Assembly (NCBI GenBank): GCA_945874115.1
Contig: CAMCFD010000001.1
Location: forward strand, 1-51,051
Origin: Rickettsia typhi
GTDB lineage: Bacteria; Pseudomonadota; Alphaproteobacteria; Rickettsiales; UBA1997
Reading direction: 5' to 3'
Length of the DNA stretch: 51,051 nt
Positions 34,291 to 42,263 of the stretch are shown in pieces; position 1 is the first letter of the stretch; every line of letters starts with the position of its first letter. Position numbers and translations under genes: made by a program. The notes beneath the pieces were generated by a model. The model saw only the letters and a program-made list of their open reading frames with translations. It did not search any database and was not told the DNA's origin.

Positions 34291-35433
34291 TTAAAATTCG
34301 TATAAATAACTTATCATCAAGCCCAAGAGAGCGGCTCTGTGACCATCTTCTCTAACACTTGCGCGGTTTATGTCGACCGCAATATTATTGGCAAATTTAT
34401 ATCCGATCGAAAGTTGCATCAAACGATCGTGACTTTTCGAAGTTAATGCGCTTGGATAATTATTGTCTAAATTGCGTAAAATGCTTGATATGCTTGCGCT
34501 CCAGCCGCTATATTTTCCGATAATTGAGGTCGTGATATATTCTCCATCGCGATTTTTTCTTCCAGTAAAATTGCTAAGTTTAACAATTTCAAACACAGGA
34601 ATAATGGAAGTTAATCTGTTAATTTTGTGCAAATATTCAAGATTTGCTGTGTATGCAATTTCGCGCGAACCTTGAGAATCTTGCTTATCAACGCCAAGGC
34701 TACGATATCCGAGATTGTAATACAAATTTTCTACGCCAAGAAATTTTTGGCCTTCCATGGTGATGCTGTAAGAAGAAAGTGTTCCCGTATTTCCAGAAAG
34801 TCCGTCATTGCGGCTTTGTTTGTCGCGGTCATTAAACGCACTTCTGCTTAAATCTGTAGCGTCAGTAAAAAAGCTGTTGATCGTAATTTCGCTATCTTCC
34901 AAAAGCGCGCCAAGACTGAACCCAAGCTTCTCGCGAAGCTCATAATCTTCGGTAAAATCGGTGACAAAAAGTCCGATTCTTTTATTTCTTCTATATAAAG
35001 TTGCGAAAGTCGGGTTATATTTCCCGACTGAAAATTTCATATCATCATTTTCGAAATTCAGCTTTAATTCTTCGACAATTAGGCCTGTGTCATCTTGATT
35101 TATGCCGCGATTAATCCCCTCTTTATTGCCAAGAATAGAGCGTGAGCGCTCGGGGCTGTCATATTGTCTGTGGCGAATTGGCAGAATTCTCCAGCCCGTT
35201 TTTACTGACCAGCGTTCGTTAAAACTTAAAGTAAAATCTGGCTCAATATTAATTAAGGCGCTGTTTGATTCAAGCCCTTGTTTTTTGCTTTCAAGAACGT
35301 GATCGTTTCGTGATTCGAACAAAATTTGTCCGCTAACGTTTGGATATTGCTCCGCCGAGTTCGCGTAAGAAATTTCTGCTATGCAAAATAAAGCCGATAA
35401 AACAACAAATTTAATTTTTTTCATATGTTTCAA
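34291..35433 (-). CDS. Outer-membrane beta-barrel protein (porin-like)
   Basis: 380 aa with signal peptide 'KKIKFVVLSALFCIAEISYA', alternating-hydrophobicity strands and the C-terminal OMP signature 'ISYLYEF' (terminal Phe). Confidence 0.65.
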   Translation of the reverse strand: MKHMKKIKFVVLSALFCIAEISYANSAEQYPNVSGQILFESRNDHVLESKKQGLESNSALINIEPDFTLSFNERWSVKTGWRILPIRHRQYDSPERSRSILGNKEGINRGINQDDTGLIVEELKLNFENDDMKFSVGKYNPTFATLYRRNKRIGLFVTDFTEDYELREKLGFSLGALLEDSEITINSFFTDATDLSRSAFNDRDKQSRNDGLSGNTGTLSSYSITMEGQKFLGVENLYYNLGYRSLGVDKQDSQGSREIAYTANLEYLHKINRLTSIIPVFEIVKLSNFTGRKNRDGEYITTSIIGKYSGWSASISSILRNLDNNYPSALTSKSHDRLMQLSIGYKFANNIAVDINRASVREDGHRAALLGLMISYLYEF

Positions 35434-35443
35434 TGTCTTGTGT

Positions 35444-35592
35444 CATTTTAACCTCAAAATCAGCGTTTTAAGCCTCATCTTTTTGGTCAAAATTCAAAAG
35501 AGAACCTTCTCTTATATTTCATACAAGAGTTTTTTCTTTTAAATTTATTCTCAAAATATTTTACCTAAAGTGCTGATTTTGAGGTTAAAATG
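35444..35592. repeat. Intergenic element bounded by a perfect 21-bp inverted repeat with a 107-nt spacer
   Basis: 'cattttaacctcaaaatcagc' (35444..35464) is the exact reverse complement of 'gctgattttgaggttaaaatg' (35572..35592). The right end, 'aaaatggta', abuts the kinase stop codon, as repeat copy B does at plsY. Confidence 0.7.
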
Positions 35593-35595
35593 GTA

Positions 35596-37464
35596 TTATT
35601 TACGCGGTAAAATCACAGTGAATGAAGTTCCGACATTTATTTCACTTTCAATGTTAACACTACCATTATGTAATTCAACGAAATATTTTGTTAAATAAAT
35701 TCCAATTCCTGTTCCAGAAACCGACAAAGTATTTTTCGCACGGAAAAATTTTTGCCCAATTTTTGCAACGTCATCTTTCGGAATTCCAATTCCGTGATCA
35801 ATAACCCTTACAGCAATCTTGTTTTCATTGCATTTCGTAATCACGCTCACTTCAGAATTATCCTTAGAATATTTCACGGCATTTGCAAGAATATTAGTAA
35901 AACAATGGTCAAGCAATTTTTGGTCGGCGTTTATTCTCGAGTCATTTTGACAAAAATTTACATTGATTTTGATATTTTTGTTAAGCGCCAAATTCGAAGC
36001 TTTTTCAATCACTTCAAGCAATAAATCGTTCAAATTAAATTCTTGTTTATTGACGTTAATTTCACTGTTGCCACTTTCCATTTTCGCCAAGTTCAGCGTG
36101 CTGTTTATGAGGCCAGTCATTCTTTGAATTCCGTTTTTAATGCGCTCGAGATATTTGTTGAAATTGTCATCAGAAATATTCAAGCTCTTCGCTTTTCTCG
36201 CAATTAATTCGCGCGTAGAATCTATAATTTGCAACGGAGTTTTAAACTCGTGCGACACCAGCGCCACAAACTCAGTTTGCATTTTACGCATTTCTTTTTC
36301 TTTCTTGATCGCCTCTTTTAATTCAAGGGTTTTGGTCAATAAATTATGATTTGCAATCATGACTTTTTCAATCGAATAAGAGCGGTCAATCGCAATCGAG
36401 AGTTGGTCTGCGATAATTTCTATCAACTCAATTTCATCGACCGTAAAATTTCTATTTTCGCTCGAATGTATATAAATCGCGCCATTAACTTCATTATCGA
36501 ATGAAATAATTGCTGCAACTTGCGAATTAATTGAAAATTTTTGATAAAAATCCTTCAGATTAGAAAATGTCGGGTCAGATTTTATATCGTTTGCAATAAA
36601 TAACGTACTGTTTTTCACCGTGTCATTTTGCGAATTTGCTCTGATTTTTTCATAAAAATTTCCTTGAGTTTTAACATATTCTTCCGTGATTATTCTGCCA
36701 TTTTCTTCGCCGCCATCGTTTAAAATAGACTTCACTTGCGGATTGCAAAACTCAATAATAAAATTGGCCTCACCATCTTTTTTGTCGTGAATCAAGCATC
36801 GGTCAATTTTCAAAACCTTGCAAAGAGACTGCGAAATGCTTTGCGCGATTTCTTTGACGGGCTTATCTGAAATAATCAAATAGCTAATTTCGCGCAATAA
36901 TTTCTCGTTGCTAAGTGCGCGTTCAAGATTTTTTACTAAAGTTTGATTTTGTGATTTTATGTTTTCTTTCTGAAGCTTGATTTCGTCATTTTCGACAGCT
37001 TCTTCGCCAATTTTTTCAAACGAAAAAATCGCATAAAATTTTTGCGATTCTTTTTCTATGATTGGTTTAAAGCCGATTTTAAATTTCGCGATTTGGTGAT
37101 TTTCATCTAAATGATTGTCTAAATTTAGAAGGATGCTACATTCTTCGCGAGTCTTGACAGACTTGATCATTCTGATATATTCAAGTTGATCTTCAGAAGA
37201 ATAGTTTACGTCAATTTCGTCAAGTAAAAAATCATAACTTTTGCCGATAAGTTCATCTTGCGTGATTTTAAAAGTCTGACAAAATATGTCGTTTGCGTGA
37301 ATTATAGAAAGATAATTTGGGTTTTCTATTTTAATCGTGGTGCAAAGAAAAGAAGCGTAATCGCTTTCATCAACATTTTTCTTAAGGCGATCTAAATATT
37401 CACCATTTGTTGTAAGAACCTTTTGGCTTTGCTCGAGAGAGTCTTGCGGTGATAATTTTGTCAT
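35596..37464 (-). CDS. Cytoplasmic sensor histidine kinase (PAS-like plus GAF-like N-terminal regions, HisKA, HATPase_c)
   Basis: 622 aa with no TM segment. It has H-box 'SHEFKTPL', N-box 'NILANAVKYS', G1 'DHGIGIP' and G2 'GTGIGIY'. Confidence 0.85.
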   Translation of the reverse strand: MTKLSPQDSLEQSQKVLTTNGEYLDRLKKNVDESDYASFLCTTIKIENPNYLSIIHANDIFCQTFKITQDELIGKSYDFLLDEIDVNYSSEDQLEYIRMIKSVKTREECSILLNLDNHLDENHQIAKFKIGFKPIIEKESQKFYAIFSFEKIGEEAVENDEIKLQKENIKSQNQTLVKNLERALSNEKLLREISYLIISDKPVKEIAQSISQSLCKVLKIDRCLIHDKKDGEANFIIEFCNPQVKSILNDGGEENGRIITEEYVKTQGNFYEKIRANSQNDTVKNSTLFIANDIKSDPTFSNLKDFYQKFSINSQVAAIISFDNEVNGAIYIHSSENRNFTVDEIELIEIIADQLSIAIDRSYSIEKVMIANHNLLTKTLELKEAIKKEKEMRKMQTEFVALVSHEFKTPLQIIDSTRELIARKAKSLNISDDNFNKYLERIKNGIQRMTGLINSTLNLAKMESGNSEINVNKQEFNLNDLLLEVIEKASNLALNKNIKINVNFCQNDSRINADQKLLDHCFTNILANAVKYSKDNSEVSVITKCNENKIAVRVIDHGIGIPKDDVAKIGQKFFRAKNTLSVSGTGIGIYLTKYFVELHNGSVNIESEINVGTSFTVILPRK

Positions 37465-38643
37465 TTAAATAAAATTTTTTAAAGTGATTTTTATTTTTTC
37501 ACAAGCCTCAAAAATATGTTTTTCTTCGACAATTAGTGGCGGCAAAATTCTTATAACATTTTCGCCGGCCGCAACAACAAGTAAGCCATTTTCGATTAAT
37601 TTTGCCACAAATTGTAAATTATCTATTTTTTGATTCAGCTTAATGCCAAGCATAAAGCCAACTCCGCGAATTTCGTCGACTAAATCAGGATTTTCATTTT
37701 TAATTTCCTCGAGATTTTTTTTCAGCAGTGCGCTATTTTTTCTGACATTTTCAAGAAAATTCGGCGCGGTCATAACGCTAAGAACCGAGTCTGCGACGGC
37801 CATTGCCAGAGGATTTCCGCCATAAGTTGTGCCGTGAACTCCGAAAGTCATGCCTTTTGCTGCATCTTTGGTTGCCAAGCAAGCGCCAAGAGGAAAGCCA
37901 CCGCCAATAGCTTTAGCAAGCGAAATTATGTCTGGCTTTGCGCCAAAATATTCATAAGCACCAAGATATCCCGTCCTTCCCATGCCGCATTGAACCTCGT
38001 CAAAAGCCAAAAGTAAATTGAATTCATCGCACAGTTCGCGAAGATTGTGCAAGAATTTTTTGTCAGCGACTTTAATTCCTTCTTCGCCTTGAATTGGTTC
38101 GATTAAAATTCCCGCCGTGTTTTCGGTGATTGCTTTTCTTACTGCGTCAATATTGCCAAATTCAACATTGTCAAACCCTTCAAGCGCGGGCTTAAAACCC
38201 TCAAGATATTTTTCTTTCGAGGCCGCAGAAATCGTCGCAATCGTGCGTCCGTGAAAGGCGCCAGTGAAGGTTATAATGCGATTTTTTTGTGGCTTTCCCC
38301 CAACATAAAAATGACGACGAATCATTTTGATCGCACATTCATTGGCTTCGGCGCCAGAATTACAGAAAAAAACATAATCGAAACCATAATTACTGACCAA
38401 CTTCTCAGCGTATAAATTAAGCTCGTTGCCGTTATAAATGTTAGAAACGTGCCATAATTTTTTGGCCTGATTAGTGATGGCGTCAACCATTTTGGGGTGG
38501 CAATGTCCAAGCGCGTTAACCGCAATTCCTGCGCCAAAATCGAGATATTTTTTGTTTTTATCAAACAAATAAACTCCTTCTCCGTGCGAAAAAGTGACAT
38601 CAAATCTTTTGTGAACTGGTAATAATCTATCGCTTGTTGCCAT
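37465..38643 (-). CDS. argD: Acetylornithine (or succinyl-DAP) aminotransferase, class III
   Basis: 392 aa with 'FCNSGAEANE', 'FDEVQCGMGRTG', 'LAKAIGGGFP' (PLP Lys) and 'HGTTYGGNPLA'. Confidence 0.85.
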   Translation of the reverse strand: MATSDRLLPVHKRFDVTFSHGEGVYLFDKNKKYLDFGAGIAVNALGHCHPKMVDAITNQAKKLWHVSNIYNGNELNLYAEKLVSNYGFDYVFFCNSGAEANECAIKMIRRHFYVGGKPQKNRIITFTGAFHGRTIATISAASKEKYLEGFKPALEGFDNVEFGNIDAVRKAITENTAGILIEPIQGEEGIKVADKKFLHNLRELCDEFNLLLAFDEVQCGMGRTGYLGAYEYFGAKPDIISLAKAIGGGFPLGACLATKDAAKGMTFGVHGTTYGGNPLAMAVADSVLSVMTAPNFLENVRKNSALLKKNLEEIKNENPDLVDEIRGVGFMLGIKLNQKIDNLQFVAKLIENGLLVVAAGENVIRILPPLIVEEKHIFEACEKIKITLKNFI

Positions 38644-38896
38644 TTTTTATAGTGTTAAAAATTGCTTTGAATGTTGGGCACTGTTCGCTGATTCTTTCAA
38701 CCTTATTTTTCGTCCTAATTTTGTCAAAAAAGCGCTAAAAATATACCAAAATCTGAAATCGAAATAATTCAGCTAACAGTCCTAATTTTCCTTTAATTTG
38801 CCTAAGAATCGTTTAGAGCTTGAGGCAAAAGTAATTTATATTGCTTTTATTATATTTATTTGATTAAATATTTAAAGTAAAATCTACATATTTTTT

Positions 38897-39649
38897 ATGA
38901 TAATAGACAATCTTGAAAATAAACGCAAAATTTTGGCAAAATTCCTCGAAATTTGTGCTTTTGAAGGCATAAATGAAGAGATTTTGGAAAAATCGATGGA
39001 AAGCTGCGAGATTCCGGTGAAATTCAAGAATTTAATTTTTGAAAACGGCGTCTTAAGTTTGGTTGATTTTTACATTGACGAAATCATTGAAAATCTTGCA
39101 AAAAACATCGAAAAGCGGCAAGATTTTTCTAATTTTAAAATTCGCGATAAAATAAAATTCGCACTTCGCGATATTTTTGATCAGCAAAAAAATCACCAAA
39201 TCGCCGCTCAAAGATTGCGCAATTTTTATTTTGATTTGTCGAATTTTAAAAATAAAAATTATGGCGCAAGGCCGACTTTATTCGCTTTTCGAAATGCTTT
39301 TAAAGTTTCCAGCCAAATTTGGTATTTAATCGGCGACAAATCAACTGATTATAATTTTTACACAAAAAGATTAATTCTTGCAAAAATAATTTCGCGAAGT
39401 TTTTTGGTTTTTGTTAAAGATGATTCCTCAAATTTCGAAAAAACTAATAAATTTATCGATTCACAAATCGAAAATGTTATGAAATTCGAAAAATTTAAAG
39501 CAAAAATAAAAAGTTTTTCACAAAAATCGCAAAGCGAAATTTGCGATTTAAAAGAAAAACTAAGCGATTTTTTTGTTGACGAAAAAGGAAAAAGCAGGCA
39601 AGCTAGCGATATCATAAAAAATTTACCTTTTATTAGGCTGTTTTATTAA
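38897..39649 (+). CDS. COQ9-like / 'rpsU-divergently transcribed protein' family (TIGR02396-like)
   Basis: 250 aa and all-helical. The N-terminal 'RKILAKFLEICAFEGINEEILEKSMESCEIP....F.NGVLSLVDFY' resembles the bacterial COQ9 family. Recognition is weak. Confidence 0.45.
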   Translation: MIIDNLENKRKILAKFLEICAFEGINEEILEKSMESCEIPVKFKNLIFENGVLSLVDFYIDEIIENLAKNIEKRQDFSNFKIRDKIKFALRDIFDQQKNHQIAAQRLRNFYFDLSNFKNKNYGARPTLFAFRNAFKVSSQIWYLIGDKSTDYNFYTKRLILAKIISRSFLVFVKDDSSNFEKTNKFIDSQIENVMKFEKFKAKIKSFSQKSQSEICDLKEKLSDFFVDEKGKSRQASDIIKNLPFIRLFY

Positions 39650-39664
39650 TACAAATTAAAATAT

Positions 39665-40393
39665 ATGTCGACAACTTTAAACATGTTTGATTTAATATTT
39701 ATATTCTCTGCGATCGCAATCGTGCTAATCGCGTTCTTCCGCGGCTTTGTGCGTGAAATATTTTCGGTTTTTAACTGGATTATCACCATCGCTTTAGTCT
39801 ATTTTTTATCTCCATTTCTCGCGAAATTCGTCAACAGCTATTCGCATAACACAGAAATTTCAAATATTATAAGTTCGACGATAATTTTCATAATTATTTT
39901 TATCGGCTCAACCTTGTTAATGCGCAAAGTTTCTGAGTCTTGTCAAGAAAAAATTCCTTTCACGACCAATCAAATTTTAGGTGTAATATTTGGCGTTTTT
40001 AAAACTTTCCTAATTTTTGGCCTTGTTTATGGTGCGACAATAAATATTTATGGCGAAATATACAATGTCTCAGCCAAAGCAAAGCAAAGCGAAACAATGC
40101 CAATCTGGCTTTATGACGCAAAAACTCGCGCGTTAATTTCGCCTCTCGGCAAAGTTTTAGATCCGCTCGTGAAGTTCTCAATTTCTAAGGTTGAAGAGAG
40201 ATTTTTGGGTAAAAAAATCACGAAAAAGAAAGAAAAAATCGAAGATATTATTGATGAAGTTGACGAGGTTGAAGAATCGAGTGAAAAACCCGATAAAAAA
40301 GATGTAAAAAAAGTTAATGAAAAATATGAAGAGAAAGGTTATTCTAAGAAAGAGATAGAAAAAATGGATCGTTTAATTGAGATTGTTGAATAA
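39665..40393 (+). CDS. cvpA: CvpA family membrane protein with a Lys/Glu-rich C-terminal tail
   Basis: 'MFDLIFIFSAIAIVLIAFFRGFVREIFSVFNWI' is the typical CvpA N-terminus. Four TM segments are followed by a ~70-aa KE-rich tail. Confidence 0.7.
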   Translation: MSTTLNMFDLIFIFSAIAIVLIAFFRGFVREIFSVFNWIITIALVYFLSPFLAKFVNSYSHNTEISNIISSTIIFIIIFIGSTLLMRKVSESCQEKIPFTTNQILGVIFGVFKTFLIFGLVYGATINIYGEIYNVSAKAKQSETMPIWLYDAKTRALISPLGKVLDPLVKFSISKVEERFLGKKITKKKEKIEDIIDEVDEVEESSEKPDKKDVKKVNEKYEEKGYSKKEIEKMDRLIEIVE

Positions 40394-40502
40394 TGTTATA
40401 ATATAACATATTTAAGAATAGTCATTTATCTACACGCAAGCTTTTGTTTTACTGGTTCCATAAGTGATTTAAATAATCATTTTTGTTATATTATAACATT
40501 AT
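40390..40502. repeat. Perfect 19-bp AT-rich inverted repeat flanking a 75-nt spacer (hairpin or MITE-like element)
   Basis: 'ataatgttataatataaca' (40390..40408) is the reverse complement of 'tgttatattataacattat' (40484..40502). The left arm overlaps the cvpA stop codon. Confidence 0.65.
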
Positions 40503-40517
40503 AATTTATTGAAAAAT

Positions 40518-41261
40518 ATGTTCAAACTTACTGCAAAAAATGCGCTAATTACTGGTGCGACTGGTGGAATTGGAGCTGAAATAGCTCAAACTTTAGCGGC
40601 TCAGGGCGCAAATGTCGTGATTTCTGGCACGAAAGAAGAGCGCTTGCTTGAATTGCAAGCCAAAATTGGCGCGGATAAATGCAAAATATTGCCATGCAAT
40701 TTGTCAGATGTTGAGCAAGTTGAGTCTTTGTTTGAAAAGGCCGAAGAATTAATCGGTGGCGGAATTGACATTTTGGTTTGCAACGCCGGAATTACCAAAG
40801 ATAATCTTGCTTTGCGCATTAAAACTGAAGATTTCGATGAAGTTTTAAACGTAAATTTAAAATCGACTTTCATTTTGAATAAAAATGCGATCAAAAAAAT
40901 GATCCGCAGAAAATATGGTCGAATCATAAATATTGCTTCAGTTGTTGGTTTTACAGGAAATCCGGGGCAGGCCAATTATGTTGCATCAAAAGCGGGAATG
41001 GTCGGAATGTCAAAATCATTTGCTCAAGAAATTGCAAGTCGCGGAATCACAATAAATTGTGTAGCGCCCGGTTTTATTCAAACTGCGATGACTGACATTT
41101 TAAATGATACGCAAAGACAAGGAATTTTATCATCAATTCCGATGCAAAAAATGGGAACGCCAAAAGATATCGCAAATGGTGTGGCATATTTAGCGAGCGA
41201 AGAAGCGTCTTATGTTACGGGACAAACACTTCATATTAATGGTGGAATGTTGATGCTTTAA
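40518..41261 (+). CDS. fabG: 3-oxoacyl-[acyl-carrier-protein] reductase
   Basis: 'ALITGATGGIGAEIA', 'NAGIT', 'IINIASVVG' and 'YVASKAG' fit the SDR fold and FabG pattern. I prefer the ATG at 40518 over the TTG at 40509. Confidence 0.88.
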   Translation: MFKLTAKNALITGATGGIGAEIAQTLAAQGANVVISGTKEERLLELQAKIGADKCKILPCNLSDVEQVESLFEKAEELIGGGIDILVCNAGITKDNLALRIKTEDFDEVLNVNLKSTFILNKNAIKKMIRRKYGRIINIASVVGFTGNPGQANYVASKAGMVGMSKSFAQEIASRGITINCVAPGFIQTAMTDILNDTQRQGILSSIPMQKMGTPKDIANGVAYLASEEASYVTGQTLHINGGMLML

Positions 41262-41285
41262 GATAAATTTAATTATTGAAATAAA

Positions 41286-42227
41286 ATGACGACACATAAA
41301 ACAAAAGTTCTAATTATCGGTTCTGGGCCGGCGGGATATAGCGCGGCGATTTATGCGGCGCGGGCAAATCTAGAGCCAATTTTGGTTAGCGGAATGCAAC
41401 CGGGTGGACAGCTTACGATCACGACCGATGTTGAAAATTATCCGGGATTCGCCGATGTGATTCAAGGTCCGTGGCTTATGGAGCAAATGGAAAAACAAGC
41501 GGCTCACGTTGGCACAAAAATTGTTTCTGACCACATTAAGCAAGTCGATTTTTCTAAGCGTCCATTCAAAGCAATTGGCGAATCTGACGATGTTTACGAA
41601 GCTGACTCTGTTATTATTTCTACTGGGGCGCAGGCAAAATGGCTTGGCCTTCCGTCGGAAAAAAAGTTCCAAGGATTTGGCGTTTCGGGCTGTGCGACTT
41701 GCGATGGATTTTTCTTCAAAAATAAAAACGTAATCGTTGTTGGCGGCGGAAACAGCGCGGTTGAAGAGGCTCTATATTTAACAAACCACGCCAAAAAAGT
41801 TTATGTTGTTCACAGGCGCGATAAATTTAAATCAGAAAAAATTCTGCAAGATCGACTTTTCAAAAACGAGAAAATCGAAGTAATTTGGAACCACGCTTTG
41901 GAAGAAGTTGTCGGCGTTGAAAGCCCTGCAAAATCGGTCACTGCGGCGCGTTTAAAAAACACGGTTGATGGTTCGATAAAAGAACTTCCGATCGACGGAA
42001 TTTTCATCGCAATTGGCCATAAACCGAACTCAGACATGTTCAGAAGCACTGGACTTGAAATTGACGAAGAAGGTTATATCGTTACAAAAAAGGGCAGTGC
42101 GAAAACTAATATCGAAGGCGTTTTTGCGGCGGGAGACATTCAAGATAAAACTTATCGCCAAGCCGTGACGGCCGCGGGAAGTGGATGTATGGCGTCTTTG
42201 GACGCTGAGAAATTTTTAGCGCATTAA
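41286..42227 (+). CDS. trxB: Thioredoxin-disulfide reductase
   Basis: 313 aa with 'IIGSGPAGYSAA', redox centre 'CATCDG', 'VVGGGNSAVEEA' and 'FAAGD'. Confidence 0.92.
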   Translation: MTTHKTKVLIIGSGPAGYSAAIYAARANLEPILVSGMQPGGQLTITTDVENYPGFADVIQGPWLMEQMEKQAAHVGTKIVSDHIKQVDFSKRPFKAIGESDDVYEADSVIISTGAQAKWLGLPSEKKFQGFGVSGCATCDGFFFKNKNVIVVGGGNSAVEEALYLTNHAKKVYVVHRRDKFKSEKILQDRLFKNEKIEVIWNHALEEVVGVESPAKSVTAARLKNTVDGSIKELPIDGIFIAIGHKPNSDMFRSTGLEIDEEGYIVTKKGSAKTNIEGVFAAGDIQDKTYRQAVTAAGSGCMASLDAEKFLAH

Positions 42228-42263
42228 TTTTGGTTGTTAAAATAAACGTGAAAAAATAAAGCT

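Noticed and set aside
38740-38760. 'TGAAATCGAAATAATTCA' upstream of argD as an ARG box, together with an 11-nt direct repeat 'gtcctaatttt' at about 38714 and 38780.
   Set aside because: The half-site spacing (TGAA-N10-TTCA) does not fit the 18-bp ARG box (TGAAT-N4-ATTCA). ArgR is not typical of alphaproteobacteria. The direct repeat is short and AT-rich, so it could be chance.
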